Both the position numbers and the translations under genes were made by a program. Shown here piece after piece: positions 38,341 to 51,638 of a stretch of DNA of 64,000 nucleotides. The notes beneath the pieces were generated by a model. It had not been told where the DNA came from, searched no databases, and saw only the letters and a program-made list of their open reading frames with translations. Positions within the stretch are counted from its first letter, which is position 1. Each line of letters opens with the position of its first letter. The DNA comes from Macrostomum lignano (Eukaryota), in contig NIVC01002668.1 in the NCBI GenBank assembly GCA_002269645.1, positions 62,001 to 126,000 on the forward strand, read 5' to 3'.

Positions 38341-39874
38341 GCGGCCTGCAGCAAAGTGATACATATAAAATATATATGAAACATAAAATTTTTTCAAATA
38401 TCGGTCAATGTATGCGTATTGCTCTACTCACTGTTAAGTAGATTGGGACACTTTTGCACTAATTACCGTATTTTTTCATTTTTATGTGTCTGTTCGCTTC
38501 TCTGTATCTGTTAGCTTAACCAAGTTAGTAATGTTTAGTTGCGGTACATGAATATAATATCACTGTTTTCTCTGGGGCTCGCGGTTTCTGGTGTTCTTCT
38601 TCTGTGCATGTAATCATTAATCTAACAGTTTAGTGAAATTTGTAAATATACCGAGTCTTTTGTATATGAAAGAATACAAATAACTAATTTGGATGTTGGA
38701 TGCGCTACTTAACTACTTATTAGTAGCTTTCTAGCGTATTTAATTTAATAACCCCACTAATATCGACCAATTATCCTCCTTTACCTAATGCTTCTGCTGT
38801 AAATTAAACTATTTGAGTCTAAATTAGAGAAATGCTGGTTAACTGGTTGGGTTGTGTTGGTGGCGCACATTAATTAAGTTTGCTTGGTTATTTCTATTTT
38901 TATCTTTGTGTATTTATTGTTAGGATGCTCTGGACTAGAATCCCACAGTTCTGAAATTAAGGTTTCCAGTCCAGGTTGGATGAGGATCCATGGCTTCCTC
39001 ATTGGCTAGCCTCCCTTGTTGGAACCTGTAGTGCCTTTAGTTTCAAAAAGGAATTCAATTCAACTCTTGATTATCGATTTTCAATTTTCGATATTTATTG
39101 AAAACAATTTTTCGATACATATCGGCAATTGACCCAGTTCCTATTTCACAAGCGTTGGCAACTACGGTGGAGCAGTTTAACTACGTGTCTCTTCCACATC
39201 CCTGTCTAACTGTCTCGTTCTTTTATATTCCTATCTGTTCTTGTAATTTTATTCAGAAATCTGTGTTTCCCTATTGTTTGCTTACATTTCAATAGCTGTT
39301 TGTGTTTTTTGAGTTGAATAAAATACATGATCTGAGAGAAATATGCGACTACTTATGCTATAAATACATCTACATATGCAGAACGGTTACACTGCGGCTT
39401 TTTTTGATTGTTGGATTTATTTTCTATTCTGTTAAGTTAATAATTCAAGCTGAAGTTGCTATTTTTAGCTTTTTTTTGGTTTAGTGCAATGTCATTTCAT
39501 ATCAGTTTGGGTTTTTTTCAGTGTTCGCTTTGGCTTTTAAAAATTTGCGATCAAGATATGTCTCAGTAATGAGTTTTATTTTTTCACTGTTATGTTAGGC
39601 AAGGCAGGTCACTGAGTGCAAGTGCGGTGCGTATGTAAGGGTGTAGGTTGACTGCGTTTTCATTTCATGGGAGCTTTTAAAGTCATTCATTATCTGCTAG
39701 GGGATGCAGTACCATTTTTGGGGAATCTATAGTTATCTCGCTTCTCGATATTCTTCGGGCAACTCTACCTAACGATCCGACACCATTCTTGTAGAGTAAT
39801 TCCTGCCATTCTTCCCGGGGATTTCACGCTAGTCTCCATGAGGATTCACTGCTACTCTTGTTGGGAAATTTCCG

Positions 39875-40450
39875 TCTCTCCCAGGGGATTTTCTGCCACT
39901 CTCCCAGGGGATTACCCGCCACTCTTCTAGGGGATTTCCCGCCACTCTTCTAGGGGATTTCCCGCCACTCTCGCAGGGGATTTCCCGCCACTCTCGCAGG
40001 GGATTTCCCGCCACTCTTCTAGGGGATTTCCCGCCACTCTCGCAGGGGATTTCCATCCACTCCTCTATGGGATTTCCCGCCACTCTTCGAGGGGATTTCC
40101 AACCACTCTTCCATGGGATTTCCAACCACTTCCAGGGGGATTTCCCGCCACTCTCCCAGGGGATTAACCGCCACTCTCCCAGCGGATTTCCCGCCACTCT
40201 TCCAGGGATTTCCCGACACTCAGGGGATTTCCCGACACTTTCAGGGGATTTCCCGCCACACTTCCATGGGAATTCCCGCCACTCTTCCAGGGGATTTCCA
40301 ACTAATCCAGCGGATTTCCCGCCACTCTTCCAGGGGATTTCCCGCCACTCTTCCAGGGGATTTCCAACTAATCCAGGGGATTTCCCGCCAATATTCCAGG
40401 GGATTTCCTGCCACTACTTCAGGGGATTTCCCGACACTTCCAAAAGATTC
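39875..40450. repeat. About 21-bp degenerate minisatellite (GGGGATTTCCCGCCACTCTTC)
   Basis: Tandem units upstream of the tubulin gene. Confidence 0.88.
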
Positions 40451-40588
40451 CCTGCTACTTTTCCCGAGGTTCACCCCAGCAATCTCTGAGATTTTCTATC
40501 ACTGGATTTTGTTTATTTCGAAATTCTTACAGTTTTACGGTAATGCTTTGTTCCTATTTCAGCAGTGAAAGGGCCATTGACTCGTGTC

Positions 40589-43500
40589 ATGTCGACAGTG
40601 CTGGTGTGCATCGGCCAGTGCGGCAACCAGCTGGGCGCGGAGTACCTGTCGCATCAGCTCGCAGTTGAGCCCAGCGTTGTGTCCGACGCTCTGGGCAACG
40701 TCAGGGCAGTGTTTGTAGACTCTGAGCGGAAAGTGGTGCAGTCCATGTGCCGCAAGTATCCCGCCTTGCGAGGCAGAGTGCCAGATGCTAACTGCGTCAC
40801 TGCCAGGTAGGTGACAACTAATCGTGGGATTCCCTTTGTTGAATTATGGGGATACCCCTTTTCACTCATCTATGGAGATTCCCCTTTTCACTGATCTATG
40901 GGGATTCCCCTTTTCACTGATCTATTGGGATTCCCCTTTTCACTGAAATGGGGATTCCCCTTTTCACTGATCTATAGGGATTACCTTTTTCACTGATCTA
41001 TGGGGATTCCCCTTTTCACTGATCTATGGGGATTCCCCTTTTCACTGAATTAAAGGGATTCCCCTTTTCACTAATCTATGGTGATTCCCATTTTCACTGA
41101 TCTATGGGGATCTATGGGGATCTATGGGGATTTCCCTTTCACTGATCTAGGAGTATTCCTCTTTCTACTGGTAAATGAGGATTCCCCTTTCTACTGATCA
41201 ATGGAGATTCTCCTTTTCACTGATCTATGGGGATTCCCGTTTTCACTGATCTATTGGGATTCCCCTTTTCACTGATCTATGTGATTCCCCTATTCACTGA
41301 TCTATGGGGATTCCCCTTTTCACTAATCTATGGGGATTCCCCTTTTCACTGATATATTGGGATTCCCCTTTTCACTGATCTATGTGGATTCCCCTATTCA
41401 CTGATCTATGGGGATTCCCGTTTTCACTGACCTATCTGGATTCCCTTTTTCACTGATCTATGGGGATTCCCCTTTTCACTGATCTATGGTGATTCCCCTT
41501 TTAACTGATCTATGGGGATTCCCGTTTTCACTGATCTATGGGGATTCCCCTTTTAACTGATCTATGGGGATTCCCGTTTTCACTGATCTATCTGGATTCC
41601 CTTTTTCACTGATCTATGGGGATTCCCCTTGTCACTGATCTATGGGGATTCCCCTTTTAACTGATCTATGGGGATTCCCGTTTTCACTGATCTATGGGGA
41701 TTCCCCTTTTAACTGATCTATGGGGATTCCCCTTTTCACTGATTTATTGGGATTCCCCTTTTCACTAATCTGTGGGGCTCCCCTTAAGAATGAAACTTTA
41801 ATGCCGAACCCCGACCGTCCCGCAGGCAGGGCCGCGGCAACAACTGGGCTTATGGCTACTCGGCTTCCGGCGACGAGGCGCTTTGCGCCGAACGCCTGGT
41901 TGACGACTGCATTCGCCGGGTTGGCGAGCAGTGCGACTATTTCTCTGGGGTGCTGCTGGCGCACTCGCTGGCCGGCGGCACCGGCTCGGGCCTGGGCACC
42001 CGGCTGGCGGAGTGTGTCCGGGACAGCCTCGGACTGCAGCTGCTGGCGCACTGCTGCGTGCTGGCTGACAGGGACACCCCGCTGCAGAATTATAACAGCC
42101 TGCTGGCTCTGAGCCGCTTGGCTGGCCTGGCTGACTGCATGCTGCTTTATAGGAACTCTTCTGAGGCTTCTCCTGCTCAGGTGCGGCCCGCCTGTTGGGG
42201 CTGTGGGGGTCTTTGTGCTCAAGATTCTTAAGCATGGGTTTCTGAGTTTCTTTTCCCTGAAGTCATGAGTTCCTGAGTTTCTTTTCCTGAAGTCATGAGT
42301 TCCTGAGTTTCTTTTCTCTGAAGTAATGAGTTCCTGAGTTTCTTTTCCCTGAAGTCATGAGTTCCTGAGTTTCTTTTCCCTAAAGTCATGAGTTCCTGAG
42401 TTTCTTTTCCCTGAAGTCATGAGTTCCTGAGTTTCTTTTCCCTGAAGTCATGAGTTCCTGAGTTTCTTTTCCCTGAAGTCATGAGTTCCTGAGTTTCTTT
42501 TCCCTGAAGTCATGAGTTCCCGAGTTTCTTTTCCCTGAAAGTGAATCTATGAGTTCCATCCATCACTGCATCCCCATTCCCCAGGTAAACTCCATCACTA
42601 CATCCCCATTCCCCAGGTAAACTCCATCACTGCATCCCCATTCCCCAGGTAAACTCCATCACTGCATCCCCATTCCCCAGGTAAACTCCATCACTGCATC
42701 CCCATTCCCCAGGTAAACTCCATCACTGCATCCCCATTCCCCAGGTAAACTCCATCACTGCATCCCCATTCCCCAGGTAAACTCCATCACTACATCCCCA
42801 TTCCCCAGGTAAACTCCATCACTGCATCCCCAGGTAAACTCCATCACTGCATCCCCATTCCCAGGTAAACTCCATCACTACATCCCCATTCCCCAGGTAA
42901 ACTCCATCACTGCATCCCCAGGTAAACTCCATCACTGCATCCCCATTCCCCAGGTAAACTCCATCACTACATCCCCATTCCCCAGGTAAACTCCATCACT
43001 GCATCCCCAGGTAAAATCCATCACTGCATCCCCATTCCCCAGGTAAACTCCATCACTACATCCCCATTCCCCAGGTAAACTCCATCACTGCATCCCCATT
43101 CCCCAGGTAAACTCCATCACTGCATCCCCATTCCCCAGGTAAACTCCATCACTGCATCCCTATTCCCCAGGTAAACTCCATCACTACATCCCCATTCCCC
43201 AGGTAAACTCCATCACTGCATCCCCAGGTAAAATCCATCACTGCATCCCCATTCCCCAGGTAAACTCCATCACTGCATCTCCATTCCCCAGGTAAACTCC
43301 ATCACTGCATCCCCATTCCCCAGGTAAACTCCATCACTGCATCCCCATTCCCCAGGTAAACTCCATCACTGCATCTCCATTCCTTAGGTAAACTCCATCA
43401 CTGCATCCCCATTCCCCAGGTAAACTCCATCACTGCATCCCCATTCCCCAGGTAAACTCCATCACTGCATCCCCATTCCCCAGGTAAACTCCATCACTGC

Positions 43501-45116
43501 ATCCCCATTCCCCAGGTAAACTCCATCACTGCATCCCCATTCCCCAGGTAAACTCCATCACTGCATCCCCATTCCCCAGGTAAACTCCATCACTACATCC
43601 CCATTCCCCAGGTAAACTCCATCACTGCATCCCCAGGTAAACTCCATCACTGCATCCCCATTCCCCAGGTAAACTCCATCACTACATCCCCATTCCCCAG
43701 GTAAACTCCATCACTGCATCCCCAGGTAAACTCCATCACTGCATCCCCATTCCCCAGGTAAACTCCATCACTACATCCCCATTCCCCAGGTAAACTCCAT
43801 CACTGCATCCCCAGGTAAAATCCATCACTACATCCCCATTCCCCAGGTAAACTCCATCACTACATCCCCATTCCCCAGGTAAACTCCATCACTGCATCCC
43901 CATTCCCCAGGTAAACTCCATCACTGCATCCCCATTCCCCAGGTAAACTCCATCACTGCATCCCCATTCCCCAGGTAAACTCCATCACTACATCCCCATT
44001 CCCCAGGTAAACTCCATCACTGCATCCCCAGGTAAAATCCATCACTGCATCCCCATTCCCCAGGTAAACTCCATCACTGCATCTCCATTCCCCAGGTAAA
44101 CTCCATCACTGCATCCCCATTCCCCAGGTAAACTCCATCACTGCATCCCCATTCCCCAGGTAAACTCCATCACTGCATCTCCATTCCTTAGGTAAACTCC
44201 ATCACTGCATCCCCATTCCCCAGGTAAACTCCATCACTGCATCCCCATTCCCCAGGTAAACTCCATCACTACATCCCCATTCCCCAGGTAAACTCCATCA
44301 CTGCATCCCCATTCCCCAGGTAAACTCCATCACTACATCCCCATTCCCCAGGTAAACTCCATCACTGCATCCCCATTCCCCAGGTAAACTCCATCACTGC
44401 ATCCCCATTCCCCAGGTAAACTCCATCACTGCATCTCCATTCCCCAGGTAAACTCCATCACTGTATCTCCATTCCCCAGGTAAACTCCATCACTGCATCC
44501 CCAGGTAAACTCCATCGCTGCATCCCCAGGTAAACTCCATCACTGCATCTCCATTCCCCAGGTAAACGAGTCTGTCGCCAGCCACCTCAGCCGCCTGCTG
44601 TTCCCCTGTCGCAGCCTCTACAAGTCTTGTAGGCTGGGCGGCAATGAGCTGGCTGAACTCACCCGGTCCTGCTGCCCCCTGCCGGGTCTCAGCCTGCTCA
44701 GGACCGCCTCAGCCAACGACCTGCCCTGCCTGCTCCGCTGCCGGCCCCGCCCCGCCTCCACCGTGGCCGCCGTGGCGGTTCTCCGCTCGCCAAGCGGCTC
44801 AAAGATTCGAGCTCCGAAGTCCGCTGATTGCGACGCTTTGAAAGCCTACCTGCGACCCGTGGCTTACAATGCCTTCCCGGTGGATTACTGGATGGATTCC
44901 GGCTGGGGCGGCGGCGGTTCCAGCCTCACGTTGGCCTACAATTCCGTCTCCGTGGTGGACTGGCTGGTTCCCATAGCAACTAAAAGTGCCGCCCAGCTGA
45001 GCGCGGGTGCCTACTTGCACCACTATGAGCGCTACTTGCCGGATGCCAGGGAGGCGCTGCGCCTGGTCTCCGTGCAGTTCGAGGATCTCATTGCTGGCTA
45101 CCGGTCTATGCGCTGA
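40589..45116 (+). CDS. Zeta-tubulin-like protein (delta/zeta group), 375 aa
   Basis: Exons 40589..40806, 41826..42180 and 44562..45116. GQCGNQLG, VDSERKV, GRGNNWAYGY, HSLAGGTGSG, TPLQNYNSLLAL, ELTRSCCPLP and AYLHHYERY. Tubulin identity is certain; zeta rather than delta rests on remembered motif differences. Confidence 0.8.
40825..41775. repeat. 26-bp minisatellite (GGGGATTCCCCTTTTCACTGATCTAT) filling tubulin intron 1
   Basis: About 35 variant units. Confidence 0.92.
42232..42538. repeat. 31-bp minisatellite (CATGAGTTCCTGAGTTTCTTTTCCCTGAAGT)
   Basis: About 10 units in tubulin intron 2. Confidence 0.92.
42556..44567 (+). repeat. 32/25-bp minisatellite containing the exon-3 splice acceptor
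   Basis: Unit TCCATCACTGCATCCCCATTCCCCAG|GTAAAC. The last copy is the functional acceptor at 44561/44562. Confidence 0.93.
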
Positions 45117-45142
45117 CTGTGTGCAGCAAATCTGGCTAGTTC

Positions 45143-45880
45143 TAGGATTGGGAGATTTGGGGAGATTTAGGATTGGGAGATTTGGGGAGGTTTAGGATTG
45201 GGAGATTTGGGGAGGTTTAGGATTGGGATATTTAGGGAGGTTTAGGATTGAGAGATTTGTGGAGGTTCAAGATTGGTATATTTAGTGAGATTTAGGATTG
45301 GGAGATTTAAGATTGTGATATTTGGGGACATTTGGGATTTGAATATTTAGGGAGGTTTAGGATTGGGATATTTGGGGAGATTTAGGATTGATATATTTGG
45401 GGAGATTTAGGATTGGGAGATTTAAGATTGTTATATTTGGGGAGATTTAGGATTGGGATATTTAGGGAGATTTAGGATTGGGATATTTAGGGAGATTTAG
45501 GATTGGGATATTTTGGGGAGACCTAGGATTGGGAGATTCAAGATTGGGATATTTGGGGAGATTTAGGATTTGAATATTTAGGGAGGTTTAGGGTTGGGAT
45601 ATTTGGGGAGATTTAGGATTGGGATATTTTGGGGAGACCTAGGATTGGGAGATTCAAGATTGGGATATTTGGGGAGATTTAGGATTTGAATATTTAGGGA
45701 GGTTTAGGATTGGGATATTTGGGGAGATTTAGGATTGGGATATTTGGGGGGATTTAGGATTAGTATATTTAGGGAGATTTAGGATTGGGATATTTTGGGG
45801 AAACCTTAGGATTGGGAGATTCAAGATTGGGATATTTGTGGAGAGTTAGGATTGAGAGATTTGGAATCGGGAGATTTGGC
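45143..45880. repeat. Degenerate 15-20-bp minisatellite (GGGAGATTTAGGATT) downstream of the tubulin stop
   Basis: Tandem variants; AATAAA follows near 45904. Confidence 0.85.
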
Positions 45881-46167
45881 ATTTTGAGATCCTTTTATGT
45901 TCAATAAATGCTGTATACATGGTATATAAATGTACAAAAATATCCTGTAAGAAGCGGCTGTGCATTTATGCTTTTACTTGAGCTGTTCCGTCCATGTTAT
46001 GCTAACTTTATTTGCAAGAAAAATTATGCCAAAATAATGTTTTCTAAAGCAGTTTGTTTATGCCTTTCGATGACTTTCATTTAAGTTACTTTAAGTAGTA
46101 CTAATGGGATTATAAATGTTGTCATCCAGCTGATTTACCCTGCCTTCTGATTCGTTCCACTCTTCAG

Positions 46168-46212
46168 CCAATAGCATTTGCCCAATAGCGAATAGCCAGT
46201 CAGCTTATAAAA
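46168..46212 (+). promoter_or_regulatory. Candidate core promoter of the ZIP gene (two CCAAT + TATAAAA)
   Basis: CCAAT at 46168 and 46182, and TATAAAA at 46206, about 200 nt upstream of the ATG. Motif match only. Confidence 0.35.
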
Positions 46213-46413
46213 CACTCGTCTGGGTCTGGGTAACTGACTGCAGCAGTGCGAACTTTGCGTGTCTCTCACTGTGTGCCTACTTGTTCATTTGCAGCCTCCT
46301 TCATCCCCGGTGGCAGCTGGCACTGTTACTGAGAAGAGCCTCGCGGTGAGAGTCTGAGCGGCAGTTCACCAGCTACTACTAGTCAATCAGTAGTAATTAT
46401 CATTATCAACAGT

Positions 46414-48222
46414 ATGTGCAAAGCCAGGGATTGGCAGCAGGTGAGAACTGCGGCCTGTCTGTTCTGCTTTCTACTCTGCGTGCTGCTCAATGTGCACCTG
46501 CAGTCGGCTGCCGCTGCCGACTCGGCTGTCTACCGGACTAACCAGTCTCGAAGGCACCTGAATCTCATCATGCTGGAGTACGGAGGCTCGAACAAGTCTG
46601 TGAATCTGCACGGTCTGGAGCGGCTCATGGTTCAGATTGGGCTGCTGAAAAACCAGACTGCTCAGCCGGTTGAGCACAAGGAGGAGCATGAGCATGAGCA
46701 CGAAAATGAGCATGAGCACGAGATGGAGGCTAAACAGAGCGCAAATGAGACCGGCACTGTTAAAGAGGTCAGTATGATGCTATATTTTCAGATTTCACCG
46801 CCCTGAGGGCCTTGAGTACAGTATTGGCGCGATTGTATTCATGCTCAAGAGTCAGCGCATGGCTAATGGTGATGTCGAGTAACTGAGTAGTAGCGTGTGT
46901 ATGGACAGACTCTCTTGCATGCTCCCTCATCAGTATAGGGGCAAGCGTAAAAACGTACACCCCAAACAGTACACAAATTGTTCTCAATTTCAGTTCTTAA
47001 GTCCTTCTAACCATTAGCTCTGTAGGCCTTGCTGATTTCACTTGGCTCCGCCTCCGCCTTCCTAACAGACACGTGTCTGTTCTTATCTGTTAGACTTTGT
47101 GGTAGGCGGGCTGGTCACGTGAGCAGCTCGTGCTCGTGTGCTCCGCCACAGCTGTTAATGCTAGCAGCAGGTTTATGCGCTATTCAACTTCATTGAACAA
47201 TCTCTTCTCAAGTTCGAAAGAAATTTGTCATGTGACCGGCGGCTTGCTAGCATGCAAAAAAGTGCTCACAAAGAAGTACCAGTGCGTTAATTTAACGCCT
47301 TAATATTGGTGTTACCTTTTTCCGAGTGCTTTCTAGTTAACAAACAGCAGAAGCAGAAACCGGCTTGGGTGCAGTGTTGTAGATAAGTACAGGCCCCCCC
47401 CCTGTGCTTTCTTTCTTAGAAATAGTTAGCTTTATGACACAAAAATCAGGTGCTGCTCAAAGTCCACCTGTCAATCAGTCTGGTCTGTCTGCATACATTC
47501 CAGTTCATAAATAGTGTATCCTGTCCTGAAATCCTATTGAAAATTGCACAAGGTCCAAGCTGGAGTAGTTTTAGACCCTTGTAGCCATAGTTCCTTTCCT
47601 GCATCAGCTAATTCAAATCAACCGCTCAGGCCGTGTCTTTGTATTCTGCATATTTAATTAGCAATACAGTGCTCAAGCAGGAACTTGCCCTTTGGGAGCC
47701 TGCCGCCTCGGCACTGTGGTTTTTCCTCTTGAGCTCTTGAGCTGCTCAAATGCTATTTATAGCTTATAGATTGCTGGTCAGGAGAGAAAGTACGGAGAGC
47801 AGCCGAGTGGCTCCTTTCATTTTTAATTTGTCGTCGGCTAAAGCCTGCTCGCGTGCTGGCACCTAATCTTAGTTATTTCTCTGCTGCTTCCTTCCTGCGA
47901 GATCTTCCGAGAGGCGTCTTGCCACTTCAGCTTGTTTTTTGGCTGTGCCAATTTTGCTGCTTTTTTTCTTCTTGGAACGCACAGGCACAGGACCTGTCAG
48001 CGAGCACTGGTCTGCCTGGCATCATCGATTGCTGGCCACCCACGCGTTTGCAGAGTTTGCTCAGGCCGTGTACTCAGGCCTCAGGGGTGATGGGCTTTAG
48101 GGACAGGCGTTCAGACCGTTTGTGTGGCTTGTCCCTGTCTTTTGGAAGGAATATGACAATAAAGTGGGTGTGATACAGATGGATAAATCGATATATGGAT
48201 AGACAGACAGATAGATAGATAA

Positions 48223-48295
<73 letters not shown>

Positions 48296-48448
48296 CAGAT
48301 TGATAGATATACAGATAGATAGATAGATAGACAGATAGATAGATAGAAAGATAGATAGACATATAGATAGATAGACAGACAGATAGATAGATAGATAGAT
48401 AGATAGATGGATGGATGGATGGATAGATAGATAGATAGATAGATAGAC

Positions 48449-48483
<35 letters not shown>

Positions 48484-51471
48484 CAACAGGCAGACAGATA
48501 GATATATGATTTACTAGAGATTAACAAGTATTTAGCACAATATACAAGTTAATTCTCATGCATCCATCCTAAACGCCATGCTCAAATTCAACACTCAGAA
48601 CAGCAGTATGACTCAGCGCCAGGTGCTGACTAAGGTCCCAAGCTTATAACCGCTATTTTCTCCTTGGCTGGCTCCCAGCCAGTCCCTCCTGTCTGCTAAG
48701 ACCCTCGCTGACGTAATCATTTGAAACTCTTCCTTTCGTGTCGGATTACTGTACTGTAAATATTCCCAAAAGCTTGTAGGCATCAGTATTATGCATTATT
48801 ATATACTATACTACCGGCTCTAAGGAGTTCCGCTGTTCGTGTCTTATTTCCTCATTAATCCTCTCCGGTGGACCCCCAACCGTTCTTTTTTCAAGTCTAA
48901 AAACTGGGCCATCCCGCCTAGTGGTTCGCTACACTCTGCCTGCCTGACACGCATCGCCACTGTAAACTTGCTTTAAATATAGTCAGCTCAGCACTGGACT
49001 GGCAATGAAAAGGAAAATCTTGAGAGAAAAAACGATACTTCTCTTGTGTCCTGCATGGCCCACTGTAGCCATCTGCTTCAAGTTTAATTTAAGCACTCAC
49101 CTTTGATGGCCTGGATCCTGCGGATGAAATTAAAGGGCTTCAGGGCTTGGTGACGAAGATTTCTGCGGTGATTGCATGAGTTTAATGGGTTCAAGGGGTA
49201 TTAGATGCATCCAGGGGGTATTAGATGCATCCAGGGGGTATTAGATGCATCCAGGGGGTATTAGATGCATCCAGGGGGTATTAGATGCATCCAGGGGGTA
49301 TTAAATGCATCCAGGGGTATTAGATGCATCCAGGGGTATTAGATGCATCCAGGGGGTATTAGATGCATCCAGGGGGTATTAGATGCATCCAGGGGGGTAT
49401 TAGATGCATCCAGGGGGTATTAGATGCATCCAGGGGGGTATTAGATGCATCCAGGGGTATTAGATGCATCCAGGGGGTATTAGATTCATCCAGGGGGTAT
49501 TAGATGCATCCAGGGGGTATTAGATTCATCCAGGGGGTATTAGATGCATCCAGGGGGTATTCGATGCATCCAGGGGGTATTAGATGCATCCAGGGGGTAT
49601 TAGATGCATCCAGGGGGTATTAGATGCATCCAGGGGGTATTAGATGCATCCAGGGGGTATTAGATGCATCCAAGGGGTATTAGATGCATCCAGAGGGTAT
49701 TAAATGCATCCAGGAGGTATTGAATAGGTTCATGAGGGTATTGACTGGATTTAGCGGGGTATTGACTGGGTTCAGAGGGTATTGACTGGGTTCAGGGGGT
49801 AGTGATTGGGTTCAGTGGGTATTAAATCAATTCAGGGGGTATGAAATCGGTTCAGAGGGTATTGAATTGGTTCAGAGGGTATTAAATTGGTTCAGAGGGT
49901 ATTAAATCGGTTCAGAGGGTATTAAATCTGTTCAGAGGGTATTGAATGGGTTCAGAGGGTATTAAATCGGTTCAGAGGGTATTAAATCGGTTCAGAGGGT
50001 ATTAAATCTGTTCAGAGGGTATTAACTTTAGAGGGTATTAAATCGATTCAATGCATTCTATAGGCTCAGATGATGTTAACTTTGTTCAGTGCATAATTAA
50101 TAGACTTTATTTTATTGTGTCATTTCACACGCGCATATATAACCGAAGCAATAATTGTTTAACGCTGCGCCCCTTCCGTCACTTCCGCAGTGCCCCACAG
50201 CCAGGCAGATGCTGTCCTGGTACCCCAGCGGCCAGGCCTTTGGCAGCCTCACGGAGCCGGAATTTCTGGACCTCTGCCCGACCCTGGTGTACCTGCTGCA
50301 CTCCAAGGCCTGCAGCCGCGGCTCGACTCCCGACCCCGCCAAGCCGCCCGGTCGCACCTGGAAGGTGTGGGGCGCCTCCCTGCTGGCTGTTCTGATCACC
50401 AGCCTGGGCGGCGTGGCCACCATCTTCATCATCCGGCCGCTCATGCGGACCCGCTTCTACACTCTGGTGGTCCAGTTCCTCATCGCCCTGGCCGTCGGGT
50501 CTCTGAGCGGTGACGCCTTCCTGCACCTGCTGCCTCATGTGAGTCTGCGGTTCACCTGTGTGTCTGTGACTGCTGCCTCATGTGAGTCCGCGGTTCACCT
50601 GTGTGTCTGTGACTGCTGCCTCATGTGAGTCTGCGGTTCACCTGTGTGTCTGTGACTGCTGCCTCATGTGAGTCCGCGGTTCACCTGTGTGTCTGTGACT
50701 GCTGCCTCATGTGAGTCTGCGGTTCACCTGTGTGTCTGTGACTGCTGCCTCATGTGAGTCTGCGGTTCACCTGTGTGTCTGTGACTGCTGCCTCATGCGA
50801 GTCTGCGGTTCACCTGTGTGTCTGTGACTGTTGCCTCATGTGAGTCTGCGGTTCACCTGTGTGTCTGTGACTGCTGCCTCATGTGAGTCTGCGGTTCACC
50901 TGTGTGTCTGTGACTGCTGCCTCATGCGAGTCTGCGGTTTACCTGTGTGTCTGTGACTGTTGCCTCATGTGAGTCTGCGGTTCACCTGTGTGTCTGTGAC
51001 TGCTGCCTCATGAGAGTCTGCGGTTTACCTGTGTGTCTGTGACTGCTGCCTCATGTGAGTCTGCGGTTTACCTGTGTGTCTGTGACTGCTGCCTCATGTG
51101 AGTCTGCGGTTCACCTGTGTCTGTGACTGCTGCCTCATGTGAGTCTGCGGTTTACCTGTGTGTCTGTGACTGCTGCCTCATGTGAGTATGCGGTTTACCT
51201 GTGTGTCTGTGACTGCTGCCTCATGTGAGTCTGCGGTTCACCTGTGTGTCTGTGACTGCTGCCTCATGTGAGTCTGCGGTTTACCTGTGTGTCTGTGACT
51301 GCTGCCTCATGTGAGTCTGCGCTTCACCTGTGTGTCTGTGACTGCTGCCTCATGTGAGTCTGCGGTTTACCTGTGTGTCTGTGACTGCTGCCTCATGTGA
51401 GTCTGCGGTTTACCTGTGTGTCTGTGACTGCTGCCTCATGTGAGTCTGCGGTTCACCTGAGTCTGTCTGTC

Positions 51472-51518
<47 letters not shown>

Positions 51519-51593
51519 TTCTGTCTGTCTGTCTGTCTTTCTGTCTGTCTACCTGTATGTGTCTGTCCGTCTATCTGTCTGCCTTAGTGTCTG

Positions 51594-51638
<45 letters not shown>

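Noticed and set aside
40589-45116. Calling the tubulin delta-tubulin (TUBD1)
   Set aside because: The motifs fit zeta better, so no symbol is given pending a phylogeny.
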